NCBI GenBank assembly: GCA_963786955.1
Contig: CAWBAT010000006.1
Coordinates: 704,001-768,000 of the forward strand
DNA: 64,000 nucleotides
Reading direction: 5' to 3'
Source of the DNA: an uncultured Acidimicrobiia bacterium
GTDB taxonomy: Bacteria > Acidobacteriota > Terriglobia > Versatilivoradales > Versatilivoraceae
Shown here in pieces: positions 53,500-64,000 of this stretch; position 1 is the stretch's first letter; each line of letters opens with the position of its first letter. The notes beneath the pieces are model-generated. The model saw only the letters and a list, made by a program, of their open reading frames with translations. It was not told the DNA's origin and did no database searches. The position numbers were made by a program, and so were the translations under genes.

Positions 53500-54050
53500 A
53501 TGCGTATTCTCCCAACAGCCTTTAAAGTTTATTCGGCTCTCACACTGGTCAGTCTGATCTGGATCCGGTTTCAGAAACGTTTGACATTCGACCTTTTCTT
53601 CACCACGCAATGGGAGCCGTTTCTCAAAGTATTCATGATGGGGTTGGGAGCCGCTGGTTTCTTGATTGGATTGTTCCTCTATTCAATTCGAAATTTCCAC
53701 TGGGCACGCCAACTGGAAGCAGAGTTGTCCAGAATTCTTGTCCCGCTCCGCCCCTGGGAGATCGGAACCTTAAGCTTGCTGAGCGGATTTGCCGAAGAGT
53801 TGTTCTTTCGGGGAGCCTTGCAACCCATCATCGGCCTGATTCCCGCCAGTTTACTCTTTGGGTTGGCCCATTTTGTGCCACGGAGCCCATTTTGGCCGTG
53901 GGCGCTTCAGGCGGTTTTTGCAGGCTTCTTGTTAGGGAGCCTTTACGAGTTGACTCATTTGCTTTACCCTGTCATGGTGGCTCATATGGTAACCAATTTT
54001 GTCTTAATTCTGATCATGAACCGGCGGTATTCCACCAGGTCCAGACTATA
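53500..54050 (+). CDS. CPBP (CAAX protease-like) intramembrane glutamic endopeptidase; reads in frame into the next gene
   Basis: EELFFRG, LFGLAH and AHMVTN motifs; 3' boundary uncertain. Confidence 0.8.
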
Positions 54051-54069
54051 TGAGAAAGGGAACTCTCCC

Positions 54070-55247
54070 TTGAAACTGAAGTTTCTACTCCCGATGGTCC
54101 TCACCACCCTTCTGCTGGCGGTGGGTTTACTCTACTGGCTTCCCAGCCAGTTCGACGCGCTGTTGTCAGAAGAACTTCTCTCGAGAGGAAAACTCATCAC
54201 GGAAGCTCTCGATAAGGCATCGATTGGCGGCTTGACGGTTTATGACCGCCAGGCCTTGGATCAACTGGCCAAAGGGTTCTTTCGTTCCAGAGAAATCCTT
54301 TATATTGTGATTATTGATAAAGATGGGCAGATCATGTCTGACAGCGGGCTGGGGAAGCAGGATCTGGCTGGCCTTAAGAATTTTATCGCTTATATCCAGA
54401 AGGTTGAATCCGATTACCACTACCGAAACCTCTGGGGGGCAACAAAAGAAGATTGTCTTCATATGGCGCGTCCCGTCTTTTTTGAAAGGGTCCGCGTGGG
54501 AACATCTTGCTGGGATTGTCCACAAGAGAGATTGTGGCCAGCGTCAAGAAGTTTCAGACGCTTGCAGGACTGTTGCTGATAGGAGTGTCCCTGGTTGGAT
54601 TGGTAGCTTCTTTTCTCGGTGCCAGCTCTCTCTCATCCCGGATTCTTGGGATCGCCTCGGGTCTTAGCCATTTGACGGACCCGGAGATGGAGGTTCTTGC
54701 CGGGAGAACCGGAGAACTGAATAAGCTCGTCGAAAGCATTTTGTATCAGAAAAACCTGTTCAAGAGCTCCTTAGTCGACCTGGAATCACAAACCGTACAG
54801 CTTGAAACGGATTTGTCGTTGTCCAAAGAGGAGTGCATTACCTTGTCGTCGCGTTTGAGTGTCATGTCCAAGCAAATCGAAGAACTGCAGGGAAAGCTCC
54901 AGACGATTCAGGAGCAATCCAAGGATTTAACGCAGTTTCTTCCCGTCCTTGAATTTGCGTCTGGCATAGCGCCTGAAATTGACAGCTCGATGCAGCAGGT
55001 CAGTCAAAGTGCCAGCCAACTCAGCGAGGACTTCGACCGGGTAAAGAATCTCATTGATCTTTACGAAAAAGCGCTTCCCCAGTCACCGGAAGACCTGGAA
55101 GTGATTCGGCAATACAAAGAATTCATCCGCTATGACACGATGAAAGAATCCCTGGATGAACTTGTTTCGACGATTCGGGGAGGTTCCAGTTGGGCCGAAC
55201 AACTAGCGGACATCCTCAAACAGCTCTCTATCGGCCGCACGCAATAA
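54070..55247 (+). CDS. Membrane sensor-like protein with a degenerate HisKA-like region (frameshift near 54500)
   Basis: TM, periplasmic domain, TM, HAMP-like GELNKL, coiled coil, then FASGIAPEIDSS; ends without an HATPase domain. Confidence 0.6.
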
Positions 55248-55328
55248 GACAAGAAGTACAAACTCTTTCCTCAAAGAAATACCAACGTTTGTTTTAAGGA
55301 TTTTCCTCCAGCGCACTCACCTCTTTTC

Positions 55329-56567
55329 ATGGCCCAGTGGCGACTCAATCAATTGGCAGTCATCATCTCGGCCGGCGCCATTTTTGCCGGATACACTTTA
55401 ATTCTCCCTTTTGTTCCGCTTTATATTCAAATGCTGGGAGTCCAGTCGCCGTCCCAAGCTGCGCTCTGGGCCGGAATCGTTTTGGGGATCAGTCCATTAA
55501 TCGCCGCTTTGATTGGCCCGCTCTGGGGACGACTGGCCGACCGTGTCGGTTTGAAAATCATGGCGATTCGAATCACTTTTGCTCTCGCTCTCATCTGGTT
55601 TCTCATGGCCTTTGCCCAAAACGTTTGGCATCTGTTTCTGTTGAGATCTCTCATCGGTGTCTTTGGAGGGTTCAACGCCTTTTCCATCGCTTTGGCAACC
55701 CAGCTCACACCTCAGGAAAAGGTAGGCAAAACAATCGGAACACTCCATGCCGTCCAGATCATCAGCACGGCGGTCGGACCTTTCATGGGAGGGCTTTTGG
55801 CCGGAGTGATTGGGATTCGAAGGACGTTCATTGTAACGGGGATTCTCTGCCTGTTCAGTCTGATCCTTTTTATCGTGCTCTACAAAGACAAGGAACGATC
55901 GGCTCTTCCCCTTCGGAGTCTGAAGACTCAACGGCCGAAACCCCGGAGTTTCAAAGAACTCATGCAGTTGCAAAATTTCATGCCATTAGCCGCCGTCCTG
56001 TTCTTAATCACAGTCATCGATCGCAGTTTTTCCCCGGTGATCCCTTTGTTTGTAGTCGCACTCGTCAAATCACCCATGCAGGCCGCTCGAAGCGCAGGGT
56101 TGATCATTTCTATCGCTTCCGTGGCAGAATGTTTGGCGGCGTGGTACTCCGGACGGAGAATCGCCACAGTTCCACCCAAGAAATTCTTGATGACCCGGCT
56201 CATCTCCGGAGGAATTGTTTCCACGGGCTTGATTTTTGCAGCGAGCGTGAATCAACTGCTAGCCCTAAGGGTTTTGCTGGCCTTGCTGGCAGGAGGGACT
56301 CTGACCATCGCCTACACGCTCGCGAGCCAGGTGATTCCCGAGAGCGATCGAGCGAGCGCATTTGGACTACTCTCGAGTTATTCAATGTTTGGTGGCGCTA
56401 TCGGGCCGCTGCTGGGTGGACTCTTGAGTTCACTGAATATCCGTGGGGTGTTTGTGGCCAATGCGTTAATCTATGCCGCGCTCATTGGCCTTGTGTGGAA
56501 GTTATTCCAGCCATTTAAAACCGGTCCGGAATCAGATCTACCACTGAGTTTTATGGAAGGGTCTTAG
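55329..56567 (+). CDS. MFS transporter (DHA1/MdtG-like)
   Basis: PLWGRLADRVGLK motif A, GPFMGGLL and about 12 TM helices. Confidence 0.9.
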   Translation: MAQWRLNQLAVIISAGAIFAGYTLILPFVPLYIQMLGVQSPSQAALWAGIVLGISPLIAALIGPLWGRLADRVGLKIMAIRITFALALIWFLMAFAQNVWHLFLLRSLIGVFGGFNAFSIALATQLTPQEKVGKTIGTLHAVQIISTAVGPFMGGLLAGVIGIRRTFIVTGILCLFSLILFIVLYKDKERSALPLRSLKTQRPKPRSFKELMQLQNFMPLAAVLFLITVIDRSFSPVIPLFVVALVKSPMQAARSAGLIISIASVAECLAAWYSGRRIATVPPKKFLMTRLISGGIVSTGLIFAASVNQLLALRVLLALLAGGTLTIAYTLASQVIPESDRASAFGLLSSYSMFGGAIGPLLGGLLSSLNIRGVFVANALIYAALIGLVWKLFQPFKTGPESDLPLSFMEGS

Positions 56568-56800
56568 CAGAGACTCACGTCGAGACCTTGCGCACCTTCG
56601 GCTCCCCACGCCCCAACGCGGGAGATCCCCAAGGGCAGTTCCCAAAGGGACTGTGACGAAAAGAGGGCAGGACCAGCGATCGCGGGAGGAAATGCCACGC
56701 AAGCTTTCGGCTAATGTATCCAAATGCCGGAGCTCTCGAGCGCGGGAAGTCAACAAAAGAACGTTGGCTTCGTGTTGGCCTGATGACCATTGTCGTTGCA

Positions 56801-57056
56801 CAGTGGAGTTCCCCCTCACCTCCAACTCCTCTCCCACGTTGGGGAGAGGAGAGCTGAAAAAGTGTTTTGGATAGTCACTCATGAATTCAAGATGCAGGAA
56901 TTCCAGTGGGAAGTTCCCCCTCACCTCCAACTCCTCTCCCACGTTGGGGAGAGGAGAGCCGACAGCATGAAAAAGTGTACTGGATGGTCACTCATGAATT
57001 CAAGATGCAGATACTCCAGGTCCCCTCCGACCGAGGGGTTAGGGGTGGGTTCATGA
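56801..57056. repeat. Tandem about 100-115-bp units containing the CCCCTCACC..CCTCTCCC/GGGAGAGG palindrome
   Basis: Units at about 56801-56902 and 56903-57017 share the palindrome and GTCACTCATGAATTCAAGATGCAG; followed by CCCCTCC..GAGGGGTTAGGGGTGGGTTCATG. Confidence 0.75.
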
Positions 57057-57122
57057 GTGACAAAAAGTGGGCAGGATGCCCGGGTTCCAGGGAGGTTTCC
57101 GCTATCGCGGATAATCCCGGAT

Positions 57123-57972
57123 TTAACCAGCCCAGTATTCGCCTTGACAGATTAGTCTGGCCGGCCCTTTGAGGTAAAGATGTTGGTCCTCACTCCATTG
57201 GATTTCAAGCATGCCACCCAACGTGCTTACGGAAACTTCACGTTCAGTCAATCCATTGAGGATGGAGGCGACGACGGCCGCACTGGCACCGGTCCCGGAA
57301 GATAACGTCTTGCCTACGCCCCTCTCCCAAAATCTCACCTCAATGTTCCTGCGGTCAATGACGCGTACAAATTCGACATTGGTTCGTCGTGGGAACAAAT
57401 CATGGGTTTCGAGGTGCTTACCCGTATCGTCCCAATCCGTCCGGCCAAAATCGTCCACAAATAGGGTGCAGTGTGGATTTCCCATGGAAGTCAGGGTAGC
57501 TTGCACCGTCCTGGTTCCCGAGAGAAATCGCGCGGCCAATGAGACTCTCGGAGCCCTCAGAGCCCTTGAAATCAAGGCGTGAAGGCTTCAAGATCGGCTG
57601 CCCCATGTCGACTAGAAACCAATAAATCGGATGAGACGTGGCAATCCGTTTCAAGAAATGTTCTCCGGAGACGGTGTCTATTGAGAGTTTGTCGGCTTTC
57701 AACTCTGGACCGGCACAAAGATGCGCGGCGAGGCAACGAAGCCCATTGCCTGAAACTTCGGCTTCGCTCCCGTCTGCATTGAATATTCTCATCTGGTAGG
57801 AACCCGGCGGACGATGCGGCAAAGCCTGATAAATCAGCAGGCCATCGGCGCCAATGCCAGTGTGCCGCTCGCAAATTGTGCAGGCTAGCGCGCTCCAATC
57901 AGAGGGCTCCAACGATCTCTGGTCAATAATGATAAAATCGTTTCCAAGCCCTTCGGCTTTCGAGAATTGCAT
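57123..57972 (-). CDS. dapF: Diaminopimelate epimerase (frameshifted)
   Basis: KAEGLGNDF, GIGADGL, NADGSEAEVSGNGLRC, SMGNPH, TNVEF and ERGVGKTLSSGTGA motifs. Confidence 0.9.
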
Positions 57973-58040
57973 GAATAAGTGGGGATAATCAAAGACGTCT
58001 GATGGTATGGATTCTCACGTTCGCTGCTCTTCTGGACTCG

Positions 58041-58962
58041 TCAGGCAAAAGAATGATCGTTTTCAAAATGAGTCAATTCTTTGAACTGCCGATAGCGTTC
58101 CCGGATCTCTGACGGCCTTAGCTTCTTGAGCCGGTTCAGACTAAATTCCTCAACGTTAAAAGAGGCCATGACTGATCCATAGACTACCGCTCTACGTAAA
58201 CAGTCTTCATCGAGGCGGCCTACTTTGGCCAAATAGCCCACAAATCCCCCGGCGAAGGTATCTCCAGCACCCGTAGGATCGAACACCTCCTCTAGAGGAA
58301 AGGCCGGGGCTCCAAAGATAGACTCGTCCGTAAACATGGCAACCCCGTATTCGCCCTTTTTGACGACCACAATCTTCGGTCCCCAGGAAGAAATCAATCG
58401 AGCCGCTTTGGTCAGATTGGACTGGTCTGCGAGCATCCGGGCTTCGCCATCGTTAATGATTAAAATATCAACCAGGGCAAGTGTCTTTTTGAATTCATCC
58501 GGCTTTGAAGAGATCCAAAAATTCATCGTGTCGCAAGCCACAAATTTCGGTTTATTGACCTGCTCGAGGACTTTGCGTTGCAGGACTCGGATCAATGTTT
58601 CCGAGAAACACATAATTGCAATCTCGATACTCCTTTGGGATTTCCGGGCTAAAGGCTTCGAAGACGTTTAACTGTGTCTCCAGAGTTTTGGCTTCATTCA
58701 GAGCTAAACCATACTCTCCTCTCCAGCGGAAGGTCTTCCCCGAGGCCTTCTGCAGACCCTTTGTATCGACCGAAAAATCACGGAATAATTTCAGGTGTTG
58801 GGGCGGGAAGTCCTCTCCGACTACAGCCACCAGCTTCACGGGAGCAAAAAAGCTGGCTGCGATAGAGAAATAGGACGCCGACCCGCCCAGCACTTCATCC
58901 ACTTCTCCAAAGGGGGTTTTCACCGAATCAAAAGCCACTGAACCGACGACAAGGATCGACAT
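58041..58962 (-). CDS. PfkB-family carbohydrate/nucleoside kinase (frameshifted)
   Basis: VVGSVAFDSV, LGGSASY, DTMNFWI and DPTGAGDTFAGG motifs. Confidence 0.9.
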
Positions 58963-59103
58963 AGGATGATCTTACACTCCGACAGATGGGATTGGGGATT
59001 GCTCTTGCTTCAATTTCGTCTAGTCCAAAACCACGCATGAACTCGATGCGCTAAAGTCTTGGACCACGTTGTCCATTCCAGCGCAGTTTCTGGAGAACTA
59101 TTT

Positions 59104-59967
59104 TTACTGCATATATTTCCCGATGATCATGCTGAGCTTCTCTTTCGTTGCAGCCGGGACCACTGCCGGATCGGTTAAAATCGCCGATTTCAATGCAGAA
59201 CCACACTTGCAGGGACGTTGGGAATCCAACCCTCGCACCGTCTCCCGAATGACTTTTTGGGCATTCACACTGTTTTGATTCAACACCGAGATAATTTGAT
59301 CGACGGTCACCGCATCATGTCCAGGATGCCAGCAGTCATAATCGGTAACCAGGGCCAAAGTGACATAACAGATTTCCGCTTCTCTGGACAGTTTAGCTTC
59401 CTGCAAATTGGTCATCCCGATGACGTCCATGCCCCAACTACGATAGACTTTCGATTCTGCAACCGTGGAAAACGCAGGACCTTCCATACACAAATAGGTC
59501 CCTCCGAGTTTCACCAGAACACCTGTTTTCGTTCCGGCTTCAACAACCTTCTCAGAAAGATGAGGGCAGACCGGGTGGGCAAAACTGATATGAACCACCA
59601 AGCCTTCCCCAAAAAAAGTCGAAATTCTTCCCCGAGTCCAATCAAAAAATTGGTCTGGAAGGATGATTCCGAGCGGTTTATGTTTCTCTTTCAGGGATCC
59701 GACTGCACTCGCAGAGATAATCCGTTCCACTCCAATTTTCTTCATGGCATAAATATTGGCTCTGAAATTGAGCTCAGACGGTAAGATCCGGTGCCCTTTC
59801 CATGCCGTGCCAAAAAAGCAACTCGCTTCCCTTCCAATGTGCCAACGGTCAGCGGGTCGGAGGGATCCCCAAACGGGGTCTCCACTCGTAGTTCTTCAAT
59901 ATCGAGTTAAACCTGCCATCTGGTAAAGTCCACTGCCGCCAATCACTCCAATGGATATTTTTTCCAA
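59104..59967 (-). CDS. mtnP: S-methyl-5'-thioadenosine phosphorylase (frameshifted N-terminus)
   Basis: [34 protein letters not shown] and LVTDYDCW motifs. Confidence 0.9.
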
Positions 59968-60112
59968 GCTGCCTCTCCACGATCATTTGACAGAATTTCT
60001 CCCCAGTCCGCGTCTGGGTCTCTGGAAGAGAGGGATCCTGAGTTGAAATGCGTTTAGCCTGATTTAATGAATGACGTGATGAGCCGCGCTAACTCAAAAA
60101 CACTACCGTGGA

Positions 60113-60512
60113 CTATTCCATTTCCTCCACCAATTCAATCAGCACACCATGGGTTGATTGTGGATGCAAGAAGGCAATCTTTCGATCCTGGAGCCCAAGA
60201 CATGGGAGTTTCGTTTAACAATTTGATGGAGCTTGATTTCAACTCGTCCAATTTTCGGTCGATCTCTTCCACTCTAAAGCAAAGATGATGAACCCCTTCG
60301 CCTCTTTTTTCCAAGAATCGCGAGATCGGCGAATCGCCTCGGATAGGTTCCAAGAGTTCAATGCAGCTCTCTCCACAAGGCAATACGGCAACTTTTACGC
60401 CTTGTTCTTCGATCGTTACAATTTCATGCAACTCAAATCCCAGATGATCCTTATAAGTTTCGAGCGCAAGTTTCAAAGAACGTACGGCGATTCCAACGTG
60501 ATCCAGTTTCAT
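60113..60512 (-). CDS. mce: Methylmalonyl-CoA epimerase (frameshift near the C-terminus)
   Basis: LDHVGIAV, IELLEP and FLEKRGEGVHH motifs; GVLIELVE in the alternate frame. Confidence 0.9.
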
Positions 60513-61448
60513 TCAAAGCCCTTCGACAATGTTATCGATGGCGGAATAAGGATCTATTTTCCGCTCGCTTACTGCCACCGAAGCGGCTTGGAGTTTATCC
60601 CAAACTGCATTTTTCTGAATAGCTTTTTCTAGCAGGCGTTCTTTGAGCAATTCACGAAGATTGTCTTCGACAATTTGCCTTCGCCGGGCACCCCAATCAG
60701 GAGAATCTCGACGAAATGATTGAAGAGATCGACTTGTTGAACCAAGATCGCGGACGCCTTGGCCTTCGTGTCGCAATCGTCCTCACAATGGCCGGGGTCC
60801 AGCCATCGCCGACGTGTCGCCAGGGAAAGAGCAGATTCCAATTCTCTTTGAACTTTCTCGACCAAAGGTTGATCGGATTTATTGATCACGAAAATATCGG
60901 CGATTTCCATGATGCCGGCTTTAAACGCTTGCAGGTCATCTCCCATCCCCGGGAACCAATACCACCAGGCAGACATCGGCGACTCGGACGATCTCGACTT
61001 CGTCCTGTCCAACGCCCACGGTTTCCACCAAAATCAAGTCAAAGCCGCTACTATCCAGGACGGTGATCATTTTTTCTGTGGTTCGGGCTAATCCACCGAG
61101 ATGCCCACGGGTGGCCATAGATCGGATAAAAACTCCTTCGTCGGCGTAGTGACGGCTCATTCGAACCCGATCCGCCATGATGGCCCCCCCACTGAATGGG
61201 CTGGTCGGGTCGACGGCAACAATGCCTACTTTTTTCCCTTGAGACCGATATTCCTGGATCATGACATCGACCAAGGTACTCTTTCCACTTCCAGGAGCTC
61301 CCGTGATCCCAACCACAAGCGCGTTTCCGGTTTTGTGAAATAAGGATTTCAGGAGCTCTCGCGCGGAAATGGATTCATTCTCAATGAGAGTCATGGCTCG
61401 GGCAATAGCTCGCGAATTCCCACTCAGGATTTCTTCAGTTAAAGACAT
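60513..61448 (-). CDS. meaB: Methylmalonyl-CoA mutase-associated GTPase (2 frameshifts)
   Basis: GITGAPGSGKST, VDPTSPFSGGA, ETVGVGQDE and KAGIMEIADIFVINKSD motifs. Confidence 0.9.
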
Positions 61449-61450
61449 AA

Positions 61451-61493
61451 GAAATTAGATTGTCAAATTCCGTTTGCCAAATGCCGAATGCCA
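61451..61493. repeat. Solo heptamer array of the same type as the four-helix-bundle flanks
   Basis: GAAATTAG ATTGTCA AATTCCG TTTGCCA AATGCCG AATGCCA. Confidence 0.5.
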
Positions 61494-61666
61494 GGGCGTT
61501 CTTCGAGTCATTTGAATCACTGCACCAAAAGCGGGATCTGTCCAAAGTAAATGGTCAATCGAAAACCAATAATAGCAGATTGGGCTGAAGTTTGGCCTGC
61601 TGACCTCATTCAAGTTTTCATCTCTACCCGGATGGGCAGAATTCTAATGCCAAATCATGTCTCCAT

Positions 61667-62723
61667 CTATTGGGCATCTCTGGCGCAGCGGAAACCGGTT
61701 GCGAGAGTGGCTCGGTCGGGTTAACTTCCAGCCGTACGAGACAACGCGCCTTTCGACCATCGACTGCGTAAGTTCCTCCACGAAGAACGCGGGGGCCGTC
61801 CGCCTTCAGATCTTCTCGACCATCATCTTTCCGGTATGGATAGGCGGCATATAAGCTGCTCGTCCACTCATTGACATTCCCGGTCATATCATAAAGCCCA
61901 AACTCATTCGGACGATAGGAGCCCACGGCCATGGTCTTTCCTTGTTCCGTATTGGCCTTCTTCGGATCATAGGCATTCCCGTAGGCATACCGGGTGCTAT
62001 TGGGTCCCTTGGCGGCCCTCTCCCATTCCACTTCAGTTGGCAGACGTTTTCCAGTCCACCGGGCATAAGCCAGTGCGTCCTGCCAGCTGACCTGTACAAC
62101 GGGAAACTTCTCCAAACCAGGAGGAGAGTGATTCCCTTTCCAGTATAGCGGAGGGCGATGTCCCGGTAGCCGTGCAGAACATTTGATAGCCCTCATTGGT
62201 CACTTCGAATTTATCTATGTAAAAACTTTGGACCAATACTCGATGCACTGGTTTTTCAGGATCGCTGGTTTCGTCGGATCCCAGCGTGATATCGCCTTCT
62301 GGAATCAACAGCATGCCATCAACCTCTTTGGGGAGAAATTTTCTTTGGAACGAGAAGGGGCCGTAAGAGTCTCTGTTTCATAGCCTGCCTGCACAATCGT
62401 ATCGGATGGGTTTCCGGTTTGGATGCTGGGTTCTCCGAATCTTTACGCCTGTAGATCACAACATCCTTTTCATTTTGCGGGTGGTCTATAGATGACGAAT
62501 GGGATGAACCGCCGACGGACTGAGGACGAGAATTTTTTTCGGCCTCTCCAGGCAAGCGCCGTCTCAGAACAGGACGGTTTCCAGAAGAAAGATTCGTGTC
62601 CTTATCCTCGGCCGATTCATTGTCTGGCGCAGGTGGGCTTGATCGTGGAGGGGTCGAATGTGACGTCTGATGCGCCGGTTCTCTCGGAGCTGTAGCCGAT
62701 TGAGGCACTAAGGAGGGTTGCAT
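61667..62723 (-). CDS. FGE/SUMF1-domain protein with Pro/Ser-rich linker (frameshifted; may start further upstream)
   Basis: FYIDKFEVTN, PVVQVSWQDA, RLPTEVEWERAA, NEFGLYDMTGNVNEW, RVLRGG and GFRCA motifs. Confidence 0.8.
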
Positions 62724-62735
62724 GACTATGATTGG

Positions 62736-63254
62736 TTATTTGCTGATCTTTTTTCTCCAATTGCTCCGTCCTGACTCACAAAATCGACGGCTCCCGGGGA
62801 ATAGGTTTTCCCGGGCTGACTCTGCAAGGCTGGCGTAGATTAAAGTGATCTCCACGATCCCTTCACTGCCAACTTCCGCTTTGGAGCACACTCCCGTAAA
62901 GTACTTGACCCTTTCCAAGACTTCTGGGGATCCTCGATACTTACAAGATCGAACAAACGAACAAGATACTTTCCTTGCGCACCGAAAGTCAGAACCGCAT
63001 TTTCCGGCTATTTCCGTCAATATGGAGAAATCGTCCCTTCCCAAAGACCAGCCGGTCATAAATTTCAAGTTTTCGGTTTGTTTCAGGGTTCGCCAATAAA
63101 GATTCAATGGAACGTATAAATTCTTCGGTTAATTCAAGCTCCCGCGGGCTGCTGATGGCTTGGCTCTGGAGCGCCAAAGTCAAGGGAACATCCCACGTGA
63201 ATCATCACGAAAACAAAAGCATTGGTAGGATTTTGTAAAATAACCGAACCGTCA
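62736..63254 (-). CDS. Hypothetical frameshifted coding region, possibly the N-terminal part of the FGE-domain protein
   Basis: Overlapping ORF pieces 62989-63183 and 62736-63107, preceded by a hydrophobic signal-like stretch. Confidence 0.35.
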
Positions 63255-63387
63255 ATGTCTATTGCCCCTCTAACCCAAAGTGTAAAGGCATCGGCATGGA
63301 CCTGCAACTAATCGTCATTCATTCATGCTGTGTTTTTTCTGACGATCCGGAGGGTCGATCAACAGTATAATTTGGCAGGAGTGCGAA

Positions 63388-63650
63388 ATGCCCTACCCAA
63401 CTTTAATGTATATGCATTATGTGATGGAGGCCCAGGACTATTTTCGTGAGGCACTGCAACAATCATACTGCGACCATAAGCTCGACAGGCTCAAGGATGC
63501 ACTTAAGCTCTGGACAATGCCAGTGATTGCGGGGCTCCGTCAGAAACCATCCATGAAATGAGGATGCGATATTACGAGGAATTCATCAAAATCGCCGAAA
63601 GCGAACAGCCGCCTCCCGCGCCGGGGAATCAATCGGAAGACATTTCTTAA
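63388..63650 (+). CDS. Small hypothetical protein (1 probable frameshift)
   Basis: AGGAG RBS, MPYPTLMYMHYVMEAQDYFREALQQ...; continues in another frame as ETIHEMRMRYYEEFIKIAE. Confidence 0.35.
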
Positions 63651-63735
63651 AACCGAAATTCTCGTTCTCATGCCGGAAGAGGGCATACTTAAGGGGTAAC
63701 CTAGTGCTAAGTTGCACAAATTCGCGTTAATTGTT

Positions 63736-63823
63736 GTAGCTGGGGTCGTTGACCCCGGGCCTAAACAGTGGGGTTAGTTACAACACGCGGGTGGCGAAGA
63801 CATGCATTTTTTGCATGTCTTCG
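63736..63823. repeat. REP-like palindrome cluster
   Basis: GTAG+CTGGGGTC-GTT-GACCCCGG hairpin and GGTGG+CGAAGACATGCA-N5-TGCATGTCTTCG 12-bp hairpin. Confidence 0.5.
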
Positions 63824-63924
63824 AAGCAGGTGTCCTTTCAAAGAACGATGATAAAAATGAGAATACAGCCGACGATGATCTCAAACGTCGTCAGGGTGCT
63901 ACATCCATTGGAGGGAGAGACTCG

Positions 63925-64000
63925 ATGCTCTACATGATCGTGGAACACTTCAGAGGTGACCCTGTTCCTGTGTATCGACGATTTCGAGAACACGGACGTC
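63925..64000 (+). CDS. DUF3303-like protein, N-terminus (truncated by the window end)
   Basis: GGAGGGAG RBS, then MLYMIVEHFRGDPVPVYRRFREHGR. Confidence 0.6.
   Translation, partial: MLYMIVEHFRGDPVPVYRRFREHGR

Noticed and set aside
55337-56518. Long alternative-frame and antisense ORFs (e.g. 393 aa over the MFS gene; also 6696-7427 and 36150-36932)
   Set aside because: Shadow ORFs of well-supported genes, with Arg/Ser/Pro-rich non-protein-like composition
56801-57017. Possible CRISPR array
   Set aside because: Only two units, the inter-palindrome segments are near-identical rather than unique spacers, and no cas genes are present
61667-62314. Active formylglycine-generating enzyme
   Set aside because: The catalytic Cys-pair motif after RGG is absent; only the fold family is supported

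Overview
The window looks like a mostly housekeeping stretch of an Acidobacteriota-like genome (taxonomy inferred from tandem CRTAC1/ASPIC-UnbV genes, an Fo-only atpZ-I-B-E cluster and acidobacterial-type secreted proteins). In order it holds: a cytochrome c fragment; a secreted LamG protein; a MacAB-like ABC exporter; trmJ; a methyltransferase, two CRTAC1 genes and amrS; a K+-independent H+-PPase; an APC transporter; a nitrogen cluster (porin, glnD, glnK, amtB); an M28 peptidase; an MBL hydrolase; the ATP synthase Fo genes; a four-helix-bundle gene; an orphan nuoL-nuoM pair; DoxX, a BNR propeller and a MoaD-like protein; a RAYT transposase; panBC; DinB; a PRTase; a complete argR-CBDFGHJ operon; CPBP plus a degenerate sensor; an MFS transporter; dapF, pfkB, mtnP, mce, meaB; and an FGE-domain protein. 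About 18 genes, including core ones, are split by 1-nt indels, most likely long-read consensus errors rather than true pseudogenes. The most interesting signals are: (1) many different REP-like palindrome families in the intergenic spaces, some nested inside each other and some packaged inside IS-like terminal inverted repeats (one with a clean 8-bp target duplication), together with an intact RAYT flanked by two cognate REPIN-like units; (2) an ANTAR-like hairpin/terminator attenuator upstream of the porin-glnD-glnK-amtB cluster; (3) a membrane sensor ending in a HisKA-like region with His replaced by Pro and no ATPase domain; (4) heptamer arrays flanking the four-helix-bundle gene, with a solo copy elsewhere. 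All calls come from motif recognition by eye; no database searches were run.
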